From Klebsormidium nitens (Eukaryota > Plantae > Klebsormidiophyceae), in assembly GCA_000708835.1 (NCBI GenBank), contig DF237175.1, positions 1-64,000 of the forward strand: a DNA stretch of 64,000 nucleotides. Direction: 5' to 3'. This document shows, in pieces, positions 36,644 through 49,527 of this stretch (positions within the stretch are counted from its first letter, which is position 1; each line of letters begins with the position of its first letter). The translations under genes were made by a program, and so were the position numbers. The notes below the pieces were generated by a model. That model did no database searches. It saw only the letters and a list, made by a program, of their open reading frames with translations, and was not told where the DNA came from.

Positions 36644-39600
36644 TTAGATGATTGCCGCGGGCACCTGATGCACCGGCTCCCCTCTCTCGTTCCGGTCCAG
36701 AATCTTCCGGGCAATTGCCACCTGTCGCCCTAGCACCAGCACGTAAACGGTTCCGGTTCCGCCCGCCCCCCGAGCTGTCCGCCCGACCCGCCGCACATAC
36801 TCGCTCGGTTCCCGGGGGAAGTCGAACAGCACCACCTGCGCAAGTTTGAGAAGCTGATAAATTTGCACAAGTTTGCCCTTTTGGTTATTGCCCGTGTCAG
36901 TTGGCAGCCCATACTTGCTCGGTGAAAGCCTGTATGACATCGAATCGAGACGGCGGGACGCAGAAAAGACCGGCACAGAATGACACTTCTTGGTAAACAG
37001 ACGAAAAGCACCACCTGCGTGCAGAAACGCAAAGCAAAGGGATTGTCTGCTGTCTGTCCCTCTGGTCGAAGAGTTGGCCACTGCCACCTGCCCAGACGTG
37101 ACCACCAATCATCGTCCAAAGCACTGCCGATCAAAGCTGTATTCACAAAACTCTGTCACAGAGACGATGACATGGCCAGGTACTCCCTTCGCTGAGAAGA
37201 GCCGTAAGGAAGCTTTGTTGAACAAGCCACGGTCTCAATGCGCGTAAAAATTTGGTTGTGGGATTGACGGAATGAGTTACTAGTCCAAGTCCGAAATAAT
37301 GAAAGCAAGCCGAGCCTTCGGGCAGCCCACCTGCTCCACGTCCGCGCTGTCGACCCCCCGGGACGCGCGATCAGTGCACACGAGAACTAGAGGCTTGCTC
37401 CCGGGGCCGCCCACCGGGCGCAGGAAGCGCTGCATGTTGGCCTGCCGGACGTCGGCAGAGAGCGCGGCATGGTACGCCAGGACCTGTGCGAGGAAAAGCG
37501 GAGGGTAAGATCGGCGAGTCTCTCCGTGGATTGAACGAAAGGGTGCTGATCAAGCGGAGGTTTGATGAGAGCGATACACAGGTGCTACAGCAGTTTTGCC
37601 CACTGCAGGACGAGTGATGGTCAATGTGAGCGCTGTGCAAAAATGCAAGGCTGTGCGGTGGACGCGGTGCTGTATTCGGCATGTCCATCGTGTGATGCAT
37701 GGAGGTGGTATTTTCCTAAAATCCTAGAATTCTAAACCCAAAGAACCCTAGAACCCTGAAACCCTGAAACCATTCCGCCTCTTTTGCAGTGGGCGTCGCC
37801 CGACCCAAAAGGATCAGAAGCTGCGCGGAATGGCGCTTGATATTAAGAAACTGCTACGCTTGGTGTGCTCGAATATGAAACTATACAGATTGATTGTTCG
37901 GTGTAAAGCTCGGTCCAACGCCTGCGATCCTGTCGAGCTACGCCACCTTCGTAAAATTTAATATTCTGCAGGCGACCAGCGGCAGCCAATTTGCAGAGGC
38001 TTGAGAGGGCGACTTCGAAAAGGCGGTCGACGTCTCACCTCAAAATCGTTTTCCCCCCGATCCCGTCGCCTCAGCGCGTTCTCCACCTTCCGGCACGTTT
38101 CAATCTTGTTGCAGAACACGAGCGTCTTCTTCGCGGTGCTCGATCCTGGAAGCGAGTCGAACAGTCCTGGTCAGCTCTTATACGAGACGCACTGTATCTT
38201 TGGTCTTCGGCCTTCGCTTGACCACCATCCTTTCTCAAAAGCATGCACGTCTTCGACTAGAGCCTTCAAAGGGGTACTCAAGACGTTGTTCTCGACGGAG
38301 TGTTCGATAGTTGCAACAAAGGCTCAAGTTCAGTATACTGTCGAAAGCCAACGAGTTCGTACCTAATGTAATACAGACTGGCCGTCCAACAATCTTGGGT
38401 GCTCGAGGTTCGGGAGCCCAAGCGAGGGATCCAACCGATCTGGACGTGCGAACACACCAGAATTTGGACCCATTCACACTCACCGCTCTTTCGCCGCGAT
38501 TCCCTCCGGTCCCGCGCCGACCGCTCCCGCCCGAAGTCCCACTCGTCGTCGTCGCCGCTCGTCGCGCGCTCCCGTGGCCGCGGCCGGCCCCCGACGATCT
38601 GCAACAGCGCGTCCTTCTTGCGCTCGAAGCCTGACTCCTCGCTAATCTCGTCACCGCCACTGCAGTCGACCAGAACCTGAAGAGGAGGGAGCGGGTTCAA
38701 AGGTTATCAGCTTGACCAAAGGTCTTCTTTTAGCTTGGCAATCGTGATTCAGTCGCTTATTGACCTCCTCCATAATTTACGCACTTTTTCAGAATGTTGC
38801 TCAGAAGCGGAATAAGGGTACAATCAGGATCTTTATCTAGATCTGACTTGAGCAGAAACACAAGACCTTCCGTCTTCGGTGATCAGATCAACACTCCCCA
38901 GTTTGTCTCGGAGCTATTCTATTACCTTCGAAAGTTCGATTCACACAAGCTTCTGACATCCGGCCGAACCTAACCTAGAATCGCGATCAATTGCGGCCGG
39001 TGGTGTGCAGCGGACAACGAATGCGCTCCGTCCCAGTTGGTGACAAGCGCGCAGAATTTGCTCGACAGCATTCTAATTCCTTCGACATCCAACCCAGATA
39101 TGAGCGCTTGCTGGAGTGATACTCCTCCTACTTGCCCAAAAACGGAACGAGTCCGTTGATTCCCCCGGTCTCGATGCCACACACTCAAATTTGCGACCAA
39201 TCTGCGACCAATCTGCTCAAAAAACCATTTGAGACTTAAAGACGGCGCTTACCTCCGTAAGCCCAGAAGCGGTGGTATGCAGATTGGGCCCCAGGACGGA
39301 CGTCGCAAAGGGGAACTCGGCGAGCAGCCGCTCGTGCACATCGAGCGGGAGCGTTGCCGTCACGAACACGTACTGCGCGAGCTGGGGGGCGCGCGCACGC
39401 AACGGGCGCAGAAATTCACCAAAGTCGTCGTCGTCGAAGAGAACGTCGACTTCGTCCACCACGATGCTGCACGACGGGCGAAAAGTCAAACGGTGCACGC
39501 TTTGCTTTATGTTCCAATAATATGCTCTCTGAAGAAAAAGCGCGAGCTGGCGGGTGCGCGCACGCAACGGGCGCAGGAATTCGCCGAAGTCGTCGTCGTC

Positions 39601-42600
39601 GAACAGAACGTCGACTTCGTCCACCACGATGCTGCACGACATGCGAAAAAGTCAATAGGTGCCCGTTTTGATATTTCTCAGATAAAATGCTTCTGGAAAA
39701 GATTGCACGAGCTGGGGCGCGCCAGCACGCAGCGGCTGCAAAAATTCGCCGAAATCGTCGTCGAACAGAACGTCGACTTCGTCCACCATGATGCTGCGGG
39801 GAAACGAAGAAAATCTGCACTGGGGAAGTGGAGAGACGCTATGATGGGAGTTAAGGGAACACCAAAGAATCTTGGAGGGTTGGAGGATTGCAGAGTTGAA
39901 GGAAACAGAGAGTAAAAGGAAAACACGAAAGAAAGCAACTTTGAGAATCGGAAGGAAAGTCTCCACGTGGACATAGCACATGCGTGGCAGCTTCCCATTG
40001 CTCGACGTTGGGGCTGGTTGGAGACTTACGCTGCATGGATTGGATGGGTCCGTCAAAACTTCACAGAGTGCGCAATTCGTGAGCTTTCGAACCTGACGGC
40101 TATGTCATGGTCGCTGAAGCTACCGTTCAACGAAGCCCATTGGCGAACTATGAGAGAAGTTGGCAGAATCTCAACAGGCAGTCAGTGCTCTTATCAGTAC
40201 TAGTGAAGAAGGGTGCAAGGCAAAGAACGGAGCTCCTTTGAAAGGGCGTCTTCTACGTTGCACAGCTCAACAAGAACACTTTTTCGGCAACTTAGCTTCA
40301 GATTTCGCAAGGTTGTTGAGGAACGTCCTCACGAGACCGATCTTCACAGTCACAGCGATGCAGACGCCTTTTGAGTATTTAGCATTTTGATCCCAGGGTG
40401 TTAAACAGCTAACACAAATCCTTAGGAGTACCTTGATACATGTCACTGAGTTCATAACACTCTGTCGAAGCTGTAAACAGTCGGCACTCCCGACGTGTTT
40501 GACGCCAGGTTTCTAACGTTGTAGTCGCACAAACTTAACGGGAACACCCAAACAGATGGTGCCACACTTTTCAGTGTGGCACTCGCGGATTCCTCGAAAA
40601 CAACACAAAAAGCCGCTGGTTCTGCCGGTGAGCACTCTCTACAAAGCTGGATCAATATGTTGGTGATTGCCTCCGAGGAAAGGCGTCAGAAATGGGAGAC
40701 AGTGCTGAAGCGAGGCCTCACATGATGTATCATCGCAACCACTGCTGACGGGTGAAGCAATAAAGTCTGCTAAAACAGGTTCCTTTGATTCAAGCTCCGG
40801 GGCACAACGGTCAAGTGCCCTTTGCTTTGGTCAAAACCCCATGCCTTTCGCAACAATCCGGGAATCCCTCGCGTTAGTCTCGTGGTTTCATATCTTGCTA
40901 GGCACATCTTTATTCAAGCTCCTTAAGAGCAGCCGCTTACGGGACACCGTGTCTGAGTCCTTGAAACATATTCGCTCATCCGACCAGGACGGCCTTCAGG
41001 AGTTTTGGAAAGAGTCTCCCCCTCGCATCGGAATCCTTTAAAACCTCATCTCGTCACTGAAGGTAGCATGGGAACAAAGGGGGTGACCAACGAGTATGCG
41101 GACTGTATGAGGGCCATGTTATCGAGCCGTGATTGGTCATTGCCACCCGAGCTAAAATGATATTCTGCTTACGTGCTCCTAAGAGGTCCTCCCATCACAC
41201 AGAACATATCAGCAATCACGAAAGGGCGTATACCAAAGCCAGTCCACTATGTTCTTTTAATGGCTTCATGACGCCTACGACAACATGGAGTGAGGCCAGG
41301 CCTCATGCTGCAAGAAATCATTGCCATTCCATCCAGATGCCGTGCGGCAAACTTACGGCCATCCCAACAATCAAAATCCAATTGCACAATAAAGAGATTT
41401 GAAACCGTGTCCAAAAACAAGGCCTGCCTAAGTATGAAAGGAAGGTGGGGCTTCAGTCTGATATGTCTTCAATGTCCTTCACATCCGTCACAGCAATGCC
41501 GACAATGGCAGCAGGGTTGGCTTCCACAAGGCTTGAAAGTTGTTATATTCCAGCAGCTCTAGTTGACGAGCAAGTTCCTTGCTTGAGAAGGTGATGACGG
41601 CTTTGCCGATCAAGCTTGAGAGATCTACTTCCGACCATCTTTATAGCGCATACAAATCAAAAATTGCCATGCTGGAAAACTTGCGAGAGTGGCTTCAAGG
41701 ATGATGGGCAACGATGAGCGATGTCCTCATTGATGTTCATCATAACCACTTTCCTCCCACTGGATCCAAAATTCTGCAAAAGTCAGGTGGACGCTTGGGA
41801 GTCGTTACGGTGCGCGGGCTTAGAGCAGTATCAAAGCGGGTGGGGGTTACAACAAACCCTTTCCACGATCTCGTGGACAATTGGGAACATGACTCACTTC
41901 GTATAAGTGCCAACGCAACAGGTCCAGTCATGAGGAAGTACATAACCTCTTGGTCAACAACGAGTAAGGGCTCAAGAACAAGCATCGCAAGTGCTTCCTT
42001 TTGCAATGGGAAGGCACAATCTAGAGCCAAGATTTGACCTTGACCTTGTGAACCCTGTAAGCGTGCTTTGAAAAGCACTCTCAGATCAATGTCGTGCGGC
42101 TTCATGACGGGCATCTAGATAATGAGACAAACCCTCACGCTTCTTCGTCCAAAATCACAGCCACCATGGAGAATACGCCGTTCCCAACATAGATATCTAT
42201 CTGGCACTCGTATGTGAACAGTCCGTTCCTTGCAGCAAACCTAGCTTCGAAGATAGCTACAAAGTGGCGTAGGTTAAGAACCTGAGCGCTTCGCTCGCAA
42301 TGTAGGATGGGTGACGGCGCTGGACACTCAATGCCTTTTTCAGTACACAGACGTAGGGCTTCGCCAGAAGAAGCAGATTAGCGGGGCACTTCCAAGAAGC
42401 TTCCGGTCCAAAATAGGAAGCAGGATCTTCCATCGCGGCTCTCCAAAGAAGGGAGGGCGTACTGAGATGTCAAGATGAAAGCTCAGAATGTATTCCTTTT
42501 AAGGACAAGAAATTTGTGAACATCCATCAGTGGCATCAGCAAAGACACGATTACTGAGCTAGAAGCTCAAAGTTCGCTCTTCACAGCCACAAAATGTTGC

Positions 42601-45600
42601 CCTGTTAGTACATCGTACGCCAAAGTGGCAACGCTGTGATCAGCCCTCTTATTACTTCCTCAAAATACCAGAGCCCTCAGTCCCGACCAAGGGCAAGCAA
42701 GAAGGCATGAGCATTCCACTTGGTGCCACGTCAGGTGTGCCCCGAACCCTATCTCACAAACTCAACTGGTCGACGGTACGTCGCGAGGAATTTACAGAGC
42801 TCACGTTCAACTCCGTCCAGGCAGAGCGTTGCCTCTTCGATGAGCTGCACCAGCTCGCTATCGATCGGAGGCGCCAAAAAGGACCATCAGCAACCAAAAC
42901 CATCACATGTCGAACAATCAACGGCCGCGAAATCAATCTTCAGACTGTGAAGAATCACCCGGCATATCAACCGAAAAGGTGTCCTTAGTGCTCAACAGCT
43001 CACTTTTTGATGTCAGCTAGTAAGAGCATCCCTCTGTGAATGCGCTGCAACAAGTTTTTGATGTTGTCAATCTTTCATGAAGAAAATCTGTTCCGTAATC
43101 ACGTACGAACAGTCGGCCTTCGAAATGAACTCCAAACAGTGAGAAATCAAGCAGAAGCTCTCCGGACACATGAATCACTCAACGTTCTTACGTCGTCCAG
43201 GGAGAGCGTCCCCTTCTCGAAGTGCTGCACCAGCTTCTTTGATACGCCGATCACTGAAACATATAATCCATCCGCAATCTCGTTGCAATCTTACAGCCTC
43301 CACTTAAAACCCCAGGGACTCACGCACAATTCGCCCAGGACGTTTCTGGACGTTGGAAAACCACTCACGTTTTGACGTCATCCAGGCAGAGCGTCTCCTT
43401 CTCGAGATGCTGCACGAGCCGGCCCGGTGTGGCAATCACGACCTCCGCTCCGGCCTCTAGCGCGTCAACCTGCGTCTTCCACTTGTAGCCGCCCGTGACC
43501 ACGATCGACCGGAACGGCACTCCGCTCATGGACAGGCTCCGAGCAACGGTCAGGACCTGGGAAGCAAATCGGTTTGCTTGGTACATCGTCACAAGGAAAG
43601 GCGAACGTGTGATCTGGCTTGTATTCTGGTTCGGAGTCCTCTGTGACCACGGTCGGCCAGGGGCCGCTCGTGACAGGAATTTATGCGACAGTCAAGGAGA
43701 TGCAGAAAGATTGGCAGGTTTTTGAGAAGCGGTGCTTCATGTAGGTGAAGGCGATGCAGCCTGGTGTGCCCACCACTTGAGAAGCGACCGTGGTTCCACA
43801 GCACCTGAGTACCATCAGCAACGAAGTATGGAGGTGATATTAGGAGTCCGTTGTTTTCAGGAGATACAGGTGATGGAACCGTCAGTGCTCCCTGCTGAGC
43901 GATGCAGCTGTTTTGGGCGTCTCGACTCCGCCGGTTCAGTAGTAGAGGGCCGACAAAGTGAAGGGGACTGAATCCTCGGCAACCTTCGCAAGTGACAACA
44001 GCAGTCATAACCAGGAAGAGACGCTGAACTTCAAGGGAACAAATTAAAAGGTCTGCAAGAGCTTCAAGGACTTTAGTGCTAATGCGATGAGCAATCCGCC
44101 TGGGAAACGCGCTGGCAAGCTCCAAGGCTGCACACTCTCGAAATGGGCCCAAAATGAAACAAAGTCCAGTCCATGCTAGTTACTTTCTGAACAAATCTCC
44201 ATATATGAAGCATAGGTACACAGGAGACGCTACTATACATCATGTATCGTCTGAAAATAACGTTTGAAATTGTACTGTTCGTACATAAATCTTACTTCGA
44301 CTCTCTCAACGCATAACCGAAAAAAGAGGAAAAAATGGAATTAACACAATCAAAATGTTTTTTCGATTCAAAAAGATGCCCCATATGCCTAAAAGGAACA
44401 GACTCAAAGAAACGGTTTGATATTTGTGCCCACCTGCGCGGCCAGCTCGCTAGTGGGCGTCAGCACGAGCACTTTGGGTCTAGTGGGCGCGGCCTTGCGC
44501 GCGCCCGCTGCCTCCTCCTGCCGCAGCCGCTGCGCAATGGGCGCCAAATATGCGAGCGTCTTGCCGCTGCCCGTCTGGTCGGCGATGATGCAGTCGGTGC
44601 CGGTCAACACGGGCTGGAACGCAAGGGCCTGGAAATAGCAACATCAGTTGTTTTGGCCTTTTTTCCCAGCTTATATCTTCGAATCCACAACACGGACTGG
44701 AACGTGAGGGCCTGAGGCTTGCTTTTGCACTTCCGTCTCATTCCATGGTACTCTGACTTCTTTTGTCGAAGTCGAAGGCCTACAAACAAAGGCTGGGTTT
44801 GCTGTCGCAATTTCAAACGATCCTTTCTGCGTGTCTCTTCGTCAAAATTTTACAACAGCCTGAAGATGCCCGGCAGTCACGTGGGCCATGTTCAATGGAC
44901 GCCCCTTAATGACTGGACAAACAGGCTGAGGCTGAGGAGGAGGGCCATTTCAACATGCAAATGTGGAACTAAAGACCCAGTCCAGACGTTTAGAACTACA
45001 AACGAAACGCCCAATCTCGGAGGGGCGTTTCTGACGAATACATACGTGCCCCGAAATAATTGTGGACAATCTAAGAACGGGGTCAGTCAAGAGCAGGAGC
45101 GGGGTGTATTATTGGCGTAACTTCAGCTACTGTCGATCAGAACGGCTTCCAGACGTTCCTCAATAGCTTAAAGGAGACGCCAAAGGCAGGCTTAACGATA
45201 GCAAAAGCATAGAAGCTGTACCAAGCACAGGCCAGATTATTGATGGTCCTATACCATACCCTTCTCGCTTGCTGCATTAGCAGGCTGACATCTTCTCAAG
45301 TACAGGACTCGAACAATCTCGTCATCAAAGCAGTATGCGGTCTTGCGTCCCCAAGATGAACTGCCTCGAACTCTGAATGTTTTGCAAACAGTTCGGACCC
45401 ATCCCCAACCCATCCCAGGACCTCAATCTTGCCTCCCTCTCACCTGTATGTGGCTCGGCCTAAGCACTCCCATCGCCGCCAACGCCACCGCGGCGTCCTC
45501 GCTCGCGCCCGCCGTTGTGAAGCTCTTCTTGCTGAAGAACTCCTCTGCTAAGTCGCGCTCGTAGTTACTCCGCCCCGACCCCAGATGCGGCACCTGGGCC

Positions 45601-48600
45601 GCCTCCTTTCGCAGCTCCTTCTTCGACTTTTTGGGAGGGCCCGGCGCCTGCGTTTCCTCCCCCCTTATCACGGCGGGACCCTCTCCCCTGCTGACGTCAT
45701 CGTCGAAAGGCGAGTCGCTTTCTGACATGTGAGGGGAAGTTGAGGGCCCCTCCCTATCGGAGGCCTTATCTAACCAGACGCTGCTGCTTGACTCTTGCGA
45801 GTCCATTCGGAGAGGGGTTTCGGAAGAGTCCTTTAGGCGCGATTCCTCCGCTTTCACTTCGTTCCTGAGGATGGCCTCGCTGATGCTTCCAAGAGCAGAC
45901 GCAGTACTGTCTAGCGCAACATCTGCAGCGTTCAATCGATCCAACATGCCTGCCAGATTCTCTGCCAGAGCCCCAACTCTTGCGACTGCATCCTCCGCTT
46001 CTCTAAATTCTGTCCTTCCCATCCTCATTCCGTTCATAGAAGACTCTTTTGCTCCTCCGTTTCCAACCGAGACCGGGACACCTTCCGCCTCTTGTGATCC
46101 CTCCCTTTCACCAACAATCGCCGCCTTCGCAGCTGACCCGTCACTTGTCCCTATCTCCCCATGTCCCAAGTCGTCTCCCACAGGCCCCGACGTCGTGCTG
46201 ACGTCAGCAGACGGCCCTGACGTGGCACCCACGTCAGCAGGGGCTCCTGGCGATGTACTGACGTCCGCGGGGGCCTTCGCCGCCGGCACCCGCCGCCACT
46301 CGTCGTTGAGGCTCCCGATGACCTCTGAGGCCCTCACGGGCTCGGCAGTGGTTTCCGGCAGTGCCCCGAGACGCCTTTTGCGGCCAAACGTCTTTCCGAA
46401 GACTCGAAAGGGCGCCTGGCCGCTCCACTCCCCATCCGACTCGCCGTCAGAACCGTCCTCCAAAAAGGAACCCGACTCGGACGTCTCTTCTTCGGCATCG
46501 CTGACTGATTCATCTGAAGCTGCTAAAGTTCCTGAACTGGTAGAAAGTTCTTCGCTGACGAGATCTGCCGTCTTCCTGAGCACAGCTTCGACTTCCGGTC
46601 TGCCGGAGGCACCCAGGGACTGGTGTGAACGGGCCCCTGCCCCACTCGTCGACTCCTCTCCCACGGAGCTGTTCACACTGGCCTCATTATCGTCTCGCCC
46701 AGCCTTCTCACCCCCCGACAAAACTGCTTTTACCCCGCCGTCTTTTGACGGTCCGGCGACAATCTTTTCTTCCATCGCAGGCTCCACTATCGTGTCAATG
46801 GCTCCGCTCGGGTCGATCTTGACGCGCCCCACCTCTTTGACTTCGTAAACTTCTACAGTCTCCCCCGTCTCGTCGTCAATTTCCTCTTCGACCTCGAAGT
46901 AAATGTCCTCATCGTCCTCTCCTGGAGCAGGAAGAAGGACCACTTTCCATATGACGGTCAAAAGCTGCTGAATTTGAAGAGAGACTCGTGCACAAGTCGT
47001 TTTCCCGGCAGAGAGTTGAGCTTGAAATATGGACATTGACCACTCGTTCAACATGAGGGCTGGCGCTACATCATTTATCAGGAAATCGAGGTGTTAGGCA
47101 TCAGCCAACTTGATTGGAGCAGTTTTGATGCTTATCTATGAGCCATTAGTCTCCTTATGAGATAGCAATTGACACACTCGGAACGAACACTGTTTGGAAC
47201 GAGGCTTGACATTCAACAAGGCTTCATAAGTCATGAAGAAGAAAGAGCAACACGGAAGCAGTGGGTAAAGTGATGCAGAGAAGGGTTAAGCTGACGTTGT
47301 GTGACAGGCTCAGGCTTTCACTCGACCTGCTGCAACCTGGAGAAGACTCCAAGCACCTCACCTGCAAACAGCCTGGCGGCCCCTTCCTTTCCAAACAGCT
47401 TGACGGCCGTCTCCTCATCAATCTCCTCTACTGCAACATCGTCCTCATCCTGCAGGAGTCGAGACAGGCTCCTCAGGACTTGCAGGTCTTGAACAAGCAT
47501 CAGAGCTCTCTCTAGGGATCCGAGGTGGTTGCACGGAAACGGGTGATGTTCAGCATTTACTTTAGAGTTTACGAAAAACTCTGATCAACTCCTCTCCTCT
47601 TAACAGTTACAGAGACACCATCTGTTAACCCCCCCGGTCAAGAAGGCAACCCCAAAAAAGCACGTCGTCTGTGCTCAGCCCGCGGTTGAAGGAGTTCTTA
47701 GCCCTCCAAACTCTGCTCATGAAGGAGGATTAATAATTGAGAGCTGTCTGGAATCTTACGCAATCCACTCCACAATATCAATCCGCAATGCAAGCACTCA
47801 CTTCCTCGTCGTCCTCGTCTTCATCCTCGTCGTCCCCTTTCTTCGCCCAGGGCGCCTTCCAATCTCCCACATACCGATCACCTTCCAGCAGCTTCCACCA
47901 GTCCTCTTCCTCCATGTTCCCGTCTTTGGTGGTCTCTGTTTCAATCTGCAGAAAAGTTGACACAGATTCTCTAGGTGATGCCCTGATTCCTGCCCCAGAT
48001 GTTGTTCATAAAAGCATGCCAAAGGCGCACCCCGCTCTACTCGAGACATGGATGCGCTAGAGCTGTTGCACAGGAGTTCAAGGCATCGTATTAATCTGAG
48101 CCACTGCATTGTGAATCTATTGGAATAGGAGCCTCACAACTAAGCAAGGTTGACTATGTGTCAGTCCATCTTTCTCTTGACAACTATGCACACTGTGGTG
48201 GTTGAGACAAGCCCCCACTTTGCTTGCACCCCTATCTTGCCTAACAAACTGGTCGTCGAACTGCCGGAAGCTGGTTTCAAGAATTGTGGTCGAGCGCCGG
48301 CACTCTGCGCAATGCTGGGCTGCTTGATAGCAGGAGAACTTTGCACATGACCTAGGAGATCACTTGCAAGTGAGCGGACTTAATTGCACATTGCTGTGGA
48401 ATTTAGCCCCCCTGCTTTCACACCAACCACACACTATCTCATGGAGAATCCAAAATCGCGCCAACAAAACCCTAAAAGCAGCTCACCTGGATGGGCGTCC
48501 AGGTCAGCATTTCCTGGGTCAGCTGCGACGGGTCCAGCCCCTCGTGCCCAAACACCACCACCTCTTCCCCCTGTGCATCCTTCATCACAAACGTGTCCGG

Positions 48601-49527
48601 CGGCAGCTCATCATCGTCCTCCTCATAATCAGACTCATCCTCCTCATACTCATCCTCATCCTCACTGAAATCCACCATTGGTCTCGGCTTTTGCAGCGCC
48701 AATGCCCCGGTTCTTCCAGCTGCAGGCACCAAACCCCGGCCCCCAAAACTTCCCCTGCCCCCTCTTGAGCTATCCCTCCCTCGCCCTCCGGCGCCATACC
48801 CTCCTGATAAGCGGTCCCCTCCTCCATAGCGGCTTTCCTCCCTATAACCACCTTCCCTATCGCTTCCATAACCACTGCCTTGGCCCCGACCAATTGTCCG
48901 TTGGCCCACCTGAGAGTAACCCCCACGCCCAAACCTACCGGGTCCTCCTCTTCGGCCGCCATAAGATGCCCGCCCCCGCCCTTCACTGAACCTATCCTCA
49001 TCCCACCTTGCGCCGTTTCTCCCCCCCCTTCCAGCATAATCAGAGTCGCGGTCTCTTGAAGACCCCTGGCCGCCATACCTTCCACCATTACCGCCCCTCC
49101 GTTCCTGCCAACCTCGACCACCGCTCTCATCATAGCGAGAATTGCGGCGCTCTTCCGGGAAGCCTCTCCTCTCCGCAACATCGTCATCATCAAACTCATA
49201 GTCTCTGTCTCGCCGGCCCCCCTTAGCAGACTTCTCCTTCAGCAAGTCCTCTCGCAGTCGGTTCAAGTCGGCGGGGCGGGCACTTTTCTTGTCCTCGCCC
49301 CCAGTTTGCTTTCTGGCAGAAACCTTAAGTGGAGCCCTGTCCTGATATGTTCTGCTACTCCCAATTCCATAAAATGGAAAAGTGCTGACAGCAGATTGGC
49401 CGCAGAGGAGCGGGTTTAGGGGCTCTCCTTGCAACGCAGAGCTAAGGTTCCTTGCGTAGGCGGTGCCGTTGCTTGGTAACACGCAATGCGACTGCCCACC
49501 ATGCAGAGCACTGCTACAGGCCGCCAT
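36644..49527 (-). CDS. RH50: Plastid DEAD-box RNA helicase RH50-like with very long RGG/acidic N-terminal extension, 11 exons, about 1270 aa
   Basis: Q motif FFSKKSF...[96 protein letters not shown] and RNERGEPVH, typical of plant RH50. Exons approx. 49527-48487, 47945-47801, 47452-47361, 46922-45444, 44628-44434, 43556-43370, 39466-39255, 38677-38482, 38145-38037, 37483-37332, 36835-36644. The N-terminus resembles a transit peptide. Confidence 0.92.
37715..37771 (+). repeat. Short degenerate telomere-like array (~8-nt period) in an RH50 intron
   Basis: cctaaaa tcctagaa ttctaaa cccaaagaa ccctagaa ccctgaaa ccctgaaa resembles (CCCTAAAA)n. Confidence 0.45.
39255..39793 (-). repeat. Three tandem ~162-165 bp units, each an intron 3' end plus the start of the RH50 DEVD exon
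   Basis: CAG|CATC(G/A)TGGTGGACGAAGTCGACGTTCT... begins at 39793, 39631 and 39466. The intervening intron-like tails are also similar (..TTGACTTTT(T)CGC...GTCGTGCAG). Confidence 0.95.
42800..43420 (-). repeat. Two degenerate intronic copies of the 3' end and donor of the preceding RH50 exon
   Basis: The real exon end [17 protein letters not shown]|GTGAG (43362-43420) is echoed at 43176-43234 ([17 protein letters not shown], ~85% nt identity by eye) and at 42800-42854 ([15 protein letters not shown], retains GTGAG). Confidence 0.9.

Noticed and set aside
40000-42650. Possible decayed transposase (KDZ/CxC-like) inside the long RH50 intron
   Set aside because: Some fragments are faintly suggestive, but they are short, broken by stops and carry no motif I can defend; no TIR or TSD was found. 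It needs a tBLASTx or HMM search.
23741-46848. Long antisense ORFs (23741-24430, 30463-30960, 39229-39915, 45871-46848)
   Set aside because: These are shadows of GC-rich coding exons or repeats on the opposite strand.
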